64,000 nt of DNA from Candidatus Hadarchaeota archaeon (GCA_964384105.1 CAYLJV010000003.1:32001-96000); one strand, 5' to 3'; counted from the first letter of the stretch, positions 30,224 to 39,769 are shown. Numbers and translations: made by a program. Notes: generated by a model not told the origin, from the sequence alone.

Positions 30224-30601
30224 ATGGGAAAAAAGAAGTTTAAAAAGCAAGGTTCACGAACCATCAAAAAAGTTAAGGAGAATTGGCGAAAGCCAAGAGG
30301 CACCGATAGCAAGATGAGGAAGGAGAAGAAAGGAAAGCCTCCTCTAGTTAAAGTAGGATACAAAAAACCGGATTCTGAGCGTGGTATTCATCCTTCGGGT
30401 TTTCGAGAGGTATTAGTAAATAATTCGAATGAAGTCGAGGGTTTGGATCCGGATACCCAGGCTATTAGAATTGCTTCGCCTGTTGGTAAGAGAAAGAGGC
30501 AAATTATTCAAGAAAAGGCTGATGAGAAGGGAATAAAAGTACTCAATAGAGCAAGGAGGGAGAATATTGGATCTGAAGATGCAGAAGAGAATGGCGTCTG
30601 A
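30224..30601 (+). CDS. rpl32e: 50S ribosomal protein L32e
   Basis: 'WRKPRGTDSKMR', 'GIHPSG', 'KVLN'. Confidence 0.94.
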   Translation: MGKKKFKKQGSRTIKKVKENWRKPRGTDSKMRKEKKGKPPLVKVGYKKPDSERGIHPSGFREVLVNNSNEVEGLDPDTQAIRIASPVGKRKRQIIQEKADEKGIKVLNRARRENIGSEDAEENGV

Positions 30602-31022
30602 AATTCTTGGTGTCGGTGAAAGTAGAATCTGGATGGACCCAGATCGAGCCGGTGAGATCTCAACGGCAATTACTCGAGATGATGTTAAAAGATTGATAAG
30701 TAATGGTGCCATCAAGAAAAAGCCACAAACATCTGTCAGCAGAGGGCGGGCTCGAAAGAGTCAAGAGCAGAAGAAGAAAGGCAGGCAAAGTGGTCCAGGT
30801 AGTAGAAAGGGGCCAAAAGGTAGCAAAAAGCCTCAAAAGAAGGAATGGATTAGCAAGGTGCGACCTCTTCGTCGACGATTGAAGGAGTTAAGAGCTGAGG
30901 GTAAGATTGATTCTAGTGTGTATAGAAAGCTCTATCGGAAAGTGAAAGGGGGAGCTTTCAGAAGTAAATCTCATTTGGAGACTCATCTTAAAGATAAAGG
31001 AATATTGGAGGAAGATCAATAA
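30567..31022 (+). CDS. rpl19e: 50S ribosomal protein L19e
   Basis: 'QKRMAS', 'AITRDD', 'GPGSRKG', 'KGGAF'. Confidence 0.96.
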   Translation: MDLKMQKRMASEILGVGESRIWMDPDRAGEISTAITRDDVKRLISNGAIKKKPQTSVSRGRARKSQEQKKKGRQSGPGSRKGPKGSKKPQKKEWISKVRPLRRRLKELRAEGKIDSSVYRKLYRKVKGGAFRSKSHLETHLKDKGILEEDQ

Positions 31023-31618
31023 TGCCGAAGTATGGACCGCGTCGAAGAGTTGGATATAGACGGGAAAGAGAGGGCAAGACAGACTATAGATACAGAATAA
31101 GATTGCTCAAATCTGGTAAGCCGAGGTTTGTGGTTCGAGTTTCTTTACAGCATGTCAGAGCTCAAGTTCTTAAGCCTTCTGATGATGGAGATAAAGTGCT
31201 GGCTTCTGCTTTTTCCAAAGAGCTTTCCGGTTTAGGTTGGAAAGGTTGCACTTCTAATACTCCAGCTGCTTATCTAGTTGGTTTACTTTGCGGACATCGT
31301 GCTTTGGAGAAAGGGGTTAGTGAATGCGTTCTTGATATCGATAAAGCCGTTCCCTCACCTCAAGCAAAGATTTTTGCCGTTTTGAAGGGTGCCCTTGACG
31401 CGGGTCTAACCATTCCTCACGGTGAAGAGATATTGCCTTCGGAGGAGAGATTGGAAGGACAGCATATATCTGAGTATGCCGAAATTTTGAAGTCTGAAAA
31501 TCAGGAAGAATACGAATCACAATTTTCTAATTATATAGAAAGTGGCCTTATGCCGGAGGATCTTCCCGAGCATTTTAAAGAGGTCAAAAGTGCAATAAAA
31601 AGTCAGTATGGTGAGTGA
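31022..31618 (+). CDS. rpl18: 50S ribosomal protein L18
   Basis: 'REGKTDY', 'NTPAAYLVG', 'GALDAGL.IPH'. Confidence 0.96.
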   Translation: MPKYGPRRRVGYRREREGKTDYRYRIRLLKSGKPRFVVRVSLQHVRAQVLKPSDDGDKVLASAFSKELSGLGWKGCTSNTPAAYLVGLLCGHRALEKGVSECVLDIDKAVPSPQAKIFAVLKGALDAGLTIPHGEEILPSEERLEGQHISEYAEILKSENQEEYESQFSNYIESGLMPEDLPEHFKEVKSAIKSQYGE

Positions 31619-31620
31619 AA

Positions 31621-32283
31621 ATGGAAGATTTTGATATAGAAGAGTGGATACCTAGAACCGGGCTCGGAAAAAAGGTGAAATCGGGAGAGATAGCTAGTCT
31701 GTCTGAGGTTCTGGAGCGGGGTAAAAGGCCCAGAGAAGTCGAGATTATCGATGCCCTTGTTCCAAATCTGAAAGAGGAGATCTTAAGCGTTAATCTGGTA
31801 CAAAGGATGCACAGATCAGGTCGAAGACTTAGTTTTAGGGTTACTGCAGCTGTCGGAAACGAGGATGGGATTATTGGTATTGCCCATACTAGTGGTGGAG
31901 AAGTTTCCCCATCTATAAAGAAAGCGGTTAATGCGGCAAAATTACAAGTTGTTGAGATCAAGAGAGGATGTGGGAGTTGGGAGTGTGGTTGTGGAAGACC
32001 GCACACTGTTCCTTTTGAAATAAGTGGACAGAGTGGGAGTGTTAAGATTACTTTGAAGCCGGCCCCTAGAGGTCTTGGTTTGGCCGCGTCTGAGGTACCC
32101 CAGACTATATTGAGGTTGGCGGGGATAGAAGATGTTTGGACGGCTTCCAAAGGTCAGACTCGAACTACAATTAATTTCGCTCTAGCAACTTTTGATGCCC
32201 TTAAACAGACATCAGAAGTGGCTTTGAGAGAAAGAGATAAAGAGAGGATTTTAACTGGTAGAATCGGTGATGAAGGTGCCTAA
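31621..32283 (+). CDS. rps5: 30S ribosomal protein S5
   Basis: 'WIPRT.LG', 'RGCGSWEC', 'PAPRGLG'. Confidence 0.96.
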   Translation: MEDFDIEEWIPRTGLGKKVKSGEIASLSEVLERGKRPREVEIIDALVPNLKEEILSVNLVQRMHRSGRRLSFRVTAAVGNEDGIIGIAHTSGGEVSPSIKKAVNAAKLQVVEIKRGCGSWECGCGRPHTVPFEISGQSGSVKITLKPAPRGLGLAASEVPQTILRLAGIEDVWTASKGQTRTTINFALATFDALKQTSEVALRERDKERILTGRIGDEGA

Positions 32284-32743
32284 ATTAGCTGTAGTTAGAA
32301 TTCGGGGTTCAGTCGATATGAGAAGGAAGGTCAGTGAAATTCTTCGTATGTTAAATCTTAGTAGACCCAACCATTGTGTAATAATTGGTGATAGCAAGTC
32401 TCAAAGGGGGATGCTACAAGAAGTAAAAGAGAAAATTACCTGGGGTGAGATAGACCCTAAAATTTTGGAAAAGCTTCTCCGAGAAAGAGGTAGAATTGAG
32501 GGAGGAACTAAATTGACTGACGAATTGGTTGATGATAGCACTTCTTACGAGACTATAGGGGGTTTAGCTGAAGCAGTTTGTGCTGGAGAGGAAAGTTTAG
32601 ATATAATACCCGATTTAAAAAAGGTCTTTAGATTGAGACCACCAAAGAAAGGATTCAAGCCCGTCAACCGCGCCGTTAGTGAGGGTGGAGCCTTAGGCTA
32701 TCGGGGAGAAGGAATTAACGAATTACTCTTAAGAATGATTTGA
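32276..32743 (+). CDS. rpl30: 50S ribosomal protein L30
   Basis: 'AVVRIRG', 'TWGEI', 'FRLRPP', 'GYRG..INELLLRMI'. Confidence 0.95.
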   Translation: MPKLAVVRIRGSVDMRRKVSEILRMLNLSRPNHCVIIGDSKSQRGMLQEVKEKITWGEIDPKILEKLLRERGRIEGGTKLTDELVDDSTSYETIGGLAEAVCAGEESLDIIPDLKKVFRLRPPKKGFKPVNRAVSEGGALGYRGEGINELLLRMI

Positions 32744-32752
32744 GGTGAGAAA

Positions 32753-33196
32753 ATGACCAGAAAAAGCAGAAAAGCTAGGAAAAAGCGCGGGAAGAGAACA
32801 CATGGAAGAGGGAGTTCTCGAAAAGCTCGACATTCGGGACATAAAGGTGGTAAAGGCCAAGCTGGGAGCCACAAGCATCTCTGGAGAAAGGTTATTACCT
32901 CCGATCCCAGGTATTTCGGAAAACATGGTTTCAAGCGTCCACCTATGGTTAAGGAGGAAACCAATGCAATTAATATAGGCGAGCTAGATGAACGAGTTGA
33001 AGAGTTGTTAGAAGCGGGACTAGCGGAGAAGAAGGGGGATGTGATTGTAGTGGATGTTTCCAATTTGGATTTCGACAAAGTTTTAGGAATGGGCAAGGTT
33101 ACCCATCCTCTTAGGGTCATAGCTGAAAGCTTCTCAAAAAGTGCCGAAAGGAAGCTGGAAGAAGCTGGAGGCGCAGCAGAGACAGGTGAAGATTGA
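32753..33196 (+). CDS. rpl15: 50S ribosomal protein L15
   Basis: 'RG.RTHG', 'FGKHGF', 'KVLGMG', 'AGG'. Confidence 0.96.
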   Translation: MTRKSRKARKKRGKRTHGRGSSRKARHSGHKGGKGQAGSHKHLWRKVITSDPRYFGKHGFKRPPMVKEETNAINIGELDERVEELLEAGLAEKKGDVIVVDVSNLDFDKVLGMGKVTHPLRVIAESFSKSAERKLEEAGGAAETGED

Positions 33197-34590
33197 TGTC
33201 AGATCAATCAGGCCGATCATCTCTATATATTTTAGAACCTCTAATCAGAAAGCTTCCGGAAATTCAATCCCCAAAGCGGCATATTCCTTTTAAAGAAAAG
33301 TTAATGTGGTCAGCTTTAGCTCTCATTATCTATCTTGTAATGGGTAGAATACCCCTATATGGTGCTGCTGAGGAGGCGTTGAACTATTTCGGTCAGTTAC
33401 AGTACGTTCTTGCGAGTCAGGCGGGAACTTTGATGCAGCTGGGTATAGGACCGATAGTTACTTCGGGTATTATCATGCAGCTTCTGGCTGGAGCTAAGAT
33501 TCTTAACCTGAATTTGAGCAATCCAGAGGATAAGGCCTTGTTCACAGGTACTCAGAAGATACTAGCTATCGTCGTGGGTGCTTTTCAGGCCGCGGTTTTT
33601 GTGCTTTCAGGCTCGCTTACAGGTGGAGCTTTAACTAGTACTGGAACTTTGGTTTTCCTAGTTCTTCAACTGGTTATAGGAGTTACAATAGTACTATTCC
33701 TAGACGAAATGGTGTCTAAATACGGTTTTGGTAGCGGTATAAGTCTTTTTATTGCAGGGGGAGTCTCTGCTACGGTCTTCTGGCAGGCTTTTAACCCGAC
33801 CACGATTGGAGGAACTTTTGGAGGAGCGATACCAAACTTCATTTCGGCTTTAATAGAGGGGACACCCACGGCTTTAAGTAATGCGTTCTTCAGAGGGCCT
33901 AACTTGCCTAATATGATGGGTGTTATTGCTACCATAGTAGTGTTCCTCATTGTTATCTATGCAGTTAATATGAGGGTGGAGATACCTCTTTCTTACGCGA
34001 GATACGGTGGTGTCAGAGGCAGATATCCCATAAAATTCCTTTATGCTTCAGTTATTCCTGTTATTCTTTCCACTGTAGTGTTTACTAACGTTTCAATAAT
34101 GGCGCGTTTGACTGGTTTTTCATTCTTAGGTACTTTTGGACCTAACGGAAATCCGACTGGAGGATTATACTACTATCTTCAGCCACCTTCCGGAATGAGT
34201 CAGGTGATTGCGGAGCCGTTGCATGCGTTGTTCTATCTCGGAATTTTGGTATTGTTCTGTATGGGATTCGCTTGGCTTTGGGTACAGATGACGAATATGG
34301 CTCCGAGAGACGTGGCTAATCAGCTTAAGCGTTCCGGAATGTCTATTCCCGGTTTCCGAAGGGATACTAGAGTAATGGAAAATATTCTAGCCAGATATAT
34401 AACGCCTGTAACGATCCTCGGTGGTGCCTTCGTAGGAGCCCTAGCTGCAGGAGCGAACTTCTTAGGCGCTCTAAGTAGTGGTACAGGTATACTTCTGGCG
34501 GTCAGTATTATCTATCGCCTGTACAGAGAAATCGCCAAGGAGCAATTAGCTGAGATGTTCCCAGCAGCTAGAAGATTACTTGGGGAATGA
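33196..34590 (+). CDS. secY: Preprotein translocase SecY
   Basis: 'LGIGPIVTS', 'GSGISLFI', 'YPIKFLY', 'IPGFR', 'GTGILL'. Confidence 0.97.
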   Translation: MSDQSGRSSLYILEPLIRKLPEIQSPKRHIPFKEKLMWSALALIIYLVMGRIPLYGAAEEALNYFGQLQYVLASQAGTLMQLGIGPIVTSGIIMQLLAGAKILNLNLSNPEDKALFTGTQKILAIVVGAFQAAVFVLSGSLTGGALTSTGTLVFLVLQLVIGVTIVLFLDEMVSKYGFGSGISLFIAGGVSATVFWQAFNPTTIGGTFGGAIPNFISALIEGTPTALSNAFFRGPNLPNMMGVIATIVVFLIVIYAVNMRVEIPLSYARYGGVRGRYPIKFLYASVIPVILSTVVFTNVSIMARLTGFSFLGTFGPNGNPTGGLYYYLQPPSGMSQVIAEPLHALFYLGILVLFCMGFAWLWVQMTNMAPRDVANQLKRSGMSIPGFRRDTRVMENILARYITPVTILGGAFVGALAAGANFLGALSSGTGILLAVSIIYRLYREIAKEQLAEMFPAARRLLGE

Positions 34591-34645
34591 ATTTATTGAA
34601 GTGTAGTTTTAAGTAGAAAAGTGATTAGTTAAGTGTGGTATTAGG

Positions 34646-35506
34646 ATGAAGAAGGACATTAGGAACATATTGGTAGTTGGTTTAATAGCATTCATTGTTC
34701 TCAGTTTTGCGTTTTCGGCAGTTAATGCTCAGGACCCTGACCAGGAGGGTCGGGAAGAGAACTTTCGAGATCTTCTGAACGGAGTTGACGGTCTGATAAG
34801 GGCGATTAGATTTGATAGGGAGATTACTGAGAACAGGATTTCCAATCTAGAGGCTCAATATAACTCGCTGTTCTCCGATTCATCTAACAGTACATTGGAT
34901 AGCGAAATTAGGAACCTATTTTCGGATTTCAGGGATCCAAATAATGTTACAGAGGAGAAAGCTCGGATTTTGAGGGGTAAAATAGAGGAATTGGGAGATT
35001 CCGAAGGTATAGGTATCTCTTTTATCTATAGCCACGCTATATTCGTGATATTGGGAGTATCTTTTGCCCTTGCATTTTCCGTGAATATGATAAGCAGGGT
35101 TGTTGTTGACTGGGAAGAGGTAAATGCAGCTAAGAGAAAACAATCCGAGATTCAGGATAAGCTCAAGAAAGCTAGGAAAGAAGGGGATAGAAAGAAGGTC
35201 AGAAAATATCAGCAGCAACAGCAAGATTTCATGCAAGAGCATATGGGAACGATGTTTTCTCCTATGAAAACAACCCTTATAATCTTCATACCCTTTATAA
35301 TCGTCTTTAGAATATTGGACAGCACTTATGGTGGGTGGGTAGTTGCTTGGTTGCCATTTAATCTACCTTGGCCAGATATCGGTTTCCCGCTTCTTGATCG
35401 TTTCTTCAAGGGTACAGTTGCTTCCTTAGGATTTTTTGGCTGGTATCTTTTGGTGTACTTTGGTCTATCTCAGCTCATGAGGAAGATTCTAGTGCCGAGC
35501 GAATGA
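34646..35506 (+). CDS. DUF106 / EMC3-TMCO1-Get1 (Oxa1 superfamily) protein, paralog 1, with N-terminal signal and extracytoplasmic domain
   Basis: TM, cytosolic coiled coil ('VDWEEV...QQQQ..MQEHM'), 'SPMK', 'WLPF', 'GWYLL' ending; canonical position after secY. Confidence 0.85.
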   Translation: MKKDIRNILVVGLIAFIVLSFAFSAVNAQDPDQEGREENFRDLLNGVDGLIRAIRFDREITENRISNLEAQYNSLFSDSSNSTLDSEIRNLFSDFRDPNNVTEEKARILRGKIEELGDSEGIGISFIYSHAIFVILGVSFALAFSVNMISRVVVDWEEVNAAKRKQSEIQDKLKKARKEGDRKKVRKYQQQQQDFMQEHMGTMFSPMKTTLIIFIPFIIVFRILDSTYGGWVVAWLPFNLPWPDIGFPLLDRFFKGTVASLGFFGWYLLVYFGLSQLMRKILVPSE

Positions 35507-35564
35507 ATGTTTTTGGCAAAGACTCAAATTTGTTAAATCAAATTGGGTAATAGGTGACTCTCAA

Positions 35565-36428
35565 TTGAAAAAATCTCAAAGAAATTTGCTTGGGATTATA
35601 CTCGCTATTATTGTCGTAATAGGGTTAGCGGCTGTTACTGTGAATTCTCTGAACTCGAGAGAGGACGGTAACAAGGCGTACGGTGCTCTGAAAAGATTAG
35701 ATGATTCGTATTCAGCTGTAATAGTGGAGGAGGACCCAAAGAGCTCCTTAAGGAATGCTCAGAACTGGTACGACAGTATTGTAGCCAGTGAAAACTTTGA
35801 CGATAGGCCTCAGTTGAAGAACCTTGACAATGATATATCACAATCTTTTGAGGGTCTTATCTCTGATAGCGGAAACGCTAGCGGCGGAGAGATTCGGACA
35901 TTAAGGGAGAAGGTAGTGAGTATGGGAAACTACCTTGGAATAGAATTACCTTTTGGATATGGATACTCGCATATAGTTATCCTCGGCCTTTCATTGGGAC
36001 TCTCATTTTTGGTTACAGTTCTCTGTAGAAGAGTTATAGACTGGGATAAACTTCGGGAGGCAAAGAGATTAGTTGAAGAATGGGATAGAAAAATTAGGAA
36101 AGCTCGTAGGGAGAAAAAAGGAAAGAAGAAGAGAAAGCTTGAGACGAAAAGTGACGAGATTACCGTTAATGAAGAGAAAATCTGGATCATAAACGGAAAA
36201 CAGGCAGTCTTTTACCTTTCAGTATTTCTCGTTTTCTTGGCTTGGTTGACGTACGTGTACAGCGGTTGGACGGTAGTTTGGTTACCATTTACCTGGTTCG
36301 GGTCAGGATCTTTGAGTGCTATAGGCGTCTCGCTCGGCTCTTTTGGCTGGTTCCTTCTCTCTTACTTCGGTTTCGCTCAAGTTTGGCGAGAGATTCTGTT
36401 GCCCAGAACCGACGTCGAGGAACAGTAA
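35565..36428 (+). CDS. DUF106 / Oxa1 superfamily protein, paralog 2
   Basis: Same layout as paralog 1: 'IDWDKL', Lys-rich coiled coil, 'WLPF', 'FGWFLLSYFG'. Confidence 0.75.
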   Translation: MKKSQRNLLGIILAIIVVIGLAAVTVNSLNSREDGNKAYGALKRLDDSYSAVIVEEDPKSSLRNAQNWYDSIVASENFDDRPQLKNLDNDISQSFEGLISDSGNASGGEIRTLREKVVSMGNYLGIELPFGYGYSHIVILGLSLGLSFLVTVLCRRVIDWDKLREAKRLVEEWDRKIRKARREKKGKKKRKLETKSDEITVNEEKIWIINGKQAVFYLSVFLVFLAWLTYVYSGWTVVWLPFTWFGSGSLSAIGVSLGSFGWFLLSYFGFAQVWREILLPRTDVEEQ

Positions 36429-36445
36429 ATTGCTTGGGTGTAAAC

Positions 36446-36976
36446 ATGGTTAAAGTGGCTATCAGTGGCTTTGCCGGTACGGGGAAATCTACTGCTGCGA
36501 GAGCTATCTCGGAAAGATTCGGGCTTGAACATGTTTCTGCGGGTAAAGTATTCAGAGAAATGGCAGAAGAGAAAAACATGGATCTTATCGAGTTTTCTGA
36601 TTATGTGGAAAAACATCCCGAAATTGATAAGGAAATTGACGACAGGACAGTGGAGGAAGCAAAAAAGGATAATGTTCTGATAGAGGCTCGGCTAGCGGGA
36701 TGGATGGTAGAAGACGCGGACATTAATGTTCTTCTGATAGCACCTCTCGGAGAAAGAGTGAGGAGAATTTCTAATAGAGAGGGGTTTACGTTTGAGGAGG
36801 CTATGAAGGAAACAAAGGCTCGTGAAGAGAGTGAAAAACAGAGGTATAAGGATTTATATGGTATTGATGTGACTGACTACTCCGTGTTCGACTTGATTAT
36901 CGATACAGGGAAGTTTAACAAGGAAGCAACATTCGAGATATTGGAGTTGGCCGTTAACAAAGTGTTAGAGGAGTAA
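36446..36976 (+). CDS. cmk: Cytidylate kinase
   Basis: P-loop 'ISGFAGTGKST', 'SAGKVFR', 'EARLAGW'; ATG 36446 is the likely start (track start over-extended). Confidence 0.92.
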   Translation: MVKVAISGFAGTGKSTAARAISERFGLEHVSAGKVFREMAEEKNMDLIEFSDYVEKHPEIDKEIDDRTVEEAKKDNVLIEARLAGWMVEDADINVLLIAPLGERVRRISNREGFTFEEAMKETKAREESEKQRYKDLYGIDVTDYSVFDLIIDTGKFNKEATFEILELAVNKVLEE

Positions 36977-36999
36977 AAGTTAGGTGAGGAAAGATATTT

Positions 37000-37986
37000 A
37001 TGAATAAGTTACCTTCGGATGTGAAAAGAGAAGTTTTGATAAAGGCTACGGATTTTACTAACTCGGATTATGGATATGATCCTGAATCCCGTCCTATGGA
37101 AGAACATTTGAAGATGGGAGTTGTTAATCTCGACAAAAACCCGGGGCCCACATCACACGAGATTGTGAGCTGGATAAAGAGAATAATGCGTATCAAGAAA
37201 GCGGGGCATGGGGGAACACTTGATCCTAAGGTGAGTGGAGTTTTGCCGATCGCACTTCAAAAGGCCACTAAACTCACTCAAACTCTTTTGCCGGCAGGAA
37301 AGGAATATGTGGCTTTAATGCACCTTCATGACGAAGTCGACTCGCAGAGACTTGATAGCGTATTGGAAGAGTTTAGAGGAGTTATTGTCCAGAAACCGCC
37401 TGTTAGATCTTCAGTCAGAAGAAGAGAGAGAAAAAGGGAAATCTACTATTTAGAAATTATTGAGAGAGATGGACGTGACGTGTTAATGAGAGTTGGGTGT
37501 GAGGCTGGGACTTATATCAGGAAGTTGTGTCACGATATAGGGAAGTCTTTGGGTAGTGGGGCCCACATGGCAGAGCTTAGGAGAACGAGGGTTGGGGCTT
37601 TCGAGGAGGATGAGACCTTGGTTAACCTCTACGATCTCACTGACGCTTACATGTTTTGGAAGGAGGAAGGTTTTGAGAAGCCATTGAGGGAGGCAGTTTT
37701 ACCGGCAGAGAAAACGGTCGAACATCTACCGGAGATAGTAATTAGGGATGGTGCCGTAGACGCGATCTGTCGAGGAGCTAGTTTGGCTGCACCCGGAGTC
37801 CTTTCAGCTGAGACAGGAATAGAAGCCGGATCTCTTTTGGCCATAATGACTTTGAAGGGCGAGTTGGTCGCGTTGGGTAAAGGTAGGATGAACTCGCGGG
37901 AAATTATTGATGCAGATCATGGGATAGTTGCCGATCCTGAGAGGGTAGTCATGGAACCTGGAACTTACCCTAAGAAGTGGAAGTAA
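37000..37986 (+). CDS. cbf5: H/ACA pseudouridine synthase Cbf5/TruB
   Basis: 'GPTSHE', 'GHGGTLDPKVSG', 'GTYIRK', PUA domain. Confidence 0.96.
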   Translation: MNKLPSDVKREVLIKATDFTNSDYGYDPESRPMEEHLKMGVVNLDKNPGPTSHEIVSWIKRIMRIKKAGHGGTLDPKVSGVLPIALQKATKLTQTLLPAGKEYVALMHLHDEVDSQRLDSVLEEFRGVIVQKPPVRSSVRRRERKREIYYLEIIERDGRDVLMRVGCEAGTYIRKLCHDIGKSLGSGAHMAELRRTRVGAFEEDETLVNLYDLTDAYMFWKEEGFEKPLREAVLPAEKTVEHLPEIVIRDGAVDAICRGASLAAPGVLSAETGIEAGSLLAIMTLKGELVALGKGRMNSREIIDADHGIVADPERVVMEPGTYPKKWK

Positions 37987-38053
37987 CTCGATTTCCAAAA
38001 TAGACTTTTGGAAATATTAACCTGCTTAATGCTTGTTGAACTGAGGGGTTAGA

Positions 38054-38916
38054 ATGGAGTATTTAGCCATAATTTTCACGTTAGGTGCTACCTTCTGTTG
38101 GGGTTTAGCCCAGGTTATTGGAAAGATAGCTTTACGAGATGTTTCATCTTTAACTTTCAATACGATACGTTTTTTGGCCAGTACTTCCGGTTTGTTTGTG
38201 GGTTTGAAGTCATTCGGTTCTATAGAGATTTTAGCTTTCGAGCCACCATTCCTTGCAGCGGTTCTATCTGGAATTCTCGACTGGTTTGTGGCAACCTTAT
38301 TGTTTTTCTATATATTGAGGAGGGATGCTGCTCACAGAGTAATTCCTGCTGGAAATTCCTATCCTTTTTGAGCGATTATAATGGCCTTCTTATTTTTAAA
38401 TGAAGAGATTACTTTCATTATTCCAATCTCGGCCGTCCTGATTTTTGTTGGAACGTTTCTTCTTAGTGGCCGAGATAATAAGGATAAGGATTCTTGGAAG
38501 TATGGAGTTCCAGTGGCATCCTTTGTTGCTTTTTTATGGGGATTGAATGCCGTATTTAATAAGTTCGCTTTGAACGAGGGAATGCAGCTTTTTTCGCTAC
38601 TTTTTGTTAGAGTCGCTTCTGCTGCTATGATCTTTCTTTTAGCTTTTGGTATCAGGAGTATCCGATCTTTTCCGAAGTTAACTAGAAAAAGCGTTGGTCT
38701 CAGTGCGCTTTCTGGTGTGACTGCGTCTGTGATTGGAAGTTTTCTCTATTTATCAGCTTTATCCCGAGAAGCTGCTAGTAAATTAGCTCCCATAACCGGT
38801 TCTACTGTTTTATTCGGTTTTTTACTGAGTGTAGTTATTCTTGGAGAAAATCCTACTAGGAAGGCTTTTTTGGGACTACCGCGATCTTCTTCGGTATACT
38901 TATTATGGTTTTATAG
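38054..38916 (+). pseudogene. Disrupted EamA/DMT transporter
   Basis: In-frame TGA at 38369-38371 (YPF*AIIMAF) and an apparent 1-nt deletion near 38872-38875; the typical last helix (TTAIFFGILIMVL*) lies in another frame. Confidence 0.7.
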
Positions 38917-39017
38917 ATTTTCAAGAGCAGAAGGATTTAGTACCTTGGAATAAGATTTTATTCGATAGGGTTTCTATTGAAAACGGACTGTAAGATCAGC
39001 AGTTAATGATCTATTTA

Positions 39018-39105
39018 GCCGGGGTGGCAGAATCTGGCAATGCGCCAGCTTGGAGAGCTGGTGGCCGTTATGGCCTTCTGGGTTCAAATCCCAGCCCCGG
39101 CGCCA
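39018..39105 (+). tRNA. tRNA-Ser(GGA)
   Basis: Acceptor stem GCCGGGG/CCCCGGC, anticodon arm CCAGC-TTGGAGA-GCTGG, long variable arm, GGTTCAAATCC, discriminator G, encoded CCA. Confidence 0.96.
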
Positions 39106-39499
39106 CACTCTACCATCCTCATTTGAAGAATTATCAGAATCGGGATTTAAAGAACTGTTTTCAGATAGAGTGGATTTTTTATCTTTTTTTGAACTGATTT
39201 CTTTTGTCTACAAAAAACTAGATAGTATTACCTTCTGTAGATATCAATAAAAACTCATTTTGAATATACTTAGATAGTTGCAAAATCTTGTTTTCGACCG
39301 TAAAAATCCTGATCTTTATTCACAATAGATTCGTATTCTCTTTATTTTTTTGTTATGGGTGTAACAAAATTTCACTTTATCAATCTCTATAGTTTGTCCG
39401 ATACGTTTTAATATTGCCAATTAGAAAAGTTTTCAATTGCTTAAGTGATTAGTAAATTTAAAAAACCATTTCTAATGGAGGAGTAACTGGTGTTAAGAT

Positions 39500-39769
39500 A
39501 TGAGTGAAGTTAAATGCGCTGTACCTGGCTGTGATAATACTTTGACGGAAGATCAAAGGAATAAAAGAATTTCAGTGTGTTCTGACTGCGAGGCCGCGCA
39601 GATGCATCTTTGTGAATCTTGTGGGAAGCGTATTAGCGCTGATAGGATCAGTGATGGGGCGACTTTGTGTAAAGAATGCGAAGTTAACCCTAACGATTTG
39701 GTGGAAGGGGATACTTACAGTTACGAGGAGTACGAGGAAGAAGGAACTGAAGAAGATTTCATGGTTTGA
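39500..39769 (+). CDS. Small double C4 zinc-finger protein with acidic tail
   Basis: 8 Cys in two repeats; second repeat 'CESCGKRISADRISDGATLCKEC' resembles the DksA/TraR finger. Confidence 0.7.
   Translation: MSEVKCAVPGCDNTLTEDQRNKRISVCSDCEAAQMHLCESCGKRISADRISDGATLCKECEVNPNDLVEGDTYSYEEYEEEGTEEDFMV

Noticed and set aside
36242-36445. N-terminal extension of cmk in the track
   Set aside because: It overlaps DUF106 paralog 2; GGGTG SD and the family start point to ATG 36446
21480-38000. Numerous minus-strand ORFs across the ribosomal operon
   Set aside because: Antisense shadows of conserved genes
38369-38371. In-frame TGA as selenocysteine or genetic-code change
   Set aside because: It lies in a TM helix where Trp fits; TGA ends many genes here; the gene has a second lesion
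39006-39250. Two short plus-strand ORFs in the track
   Set aside because: They overlap tRNA-Ser and have no protein features
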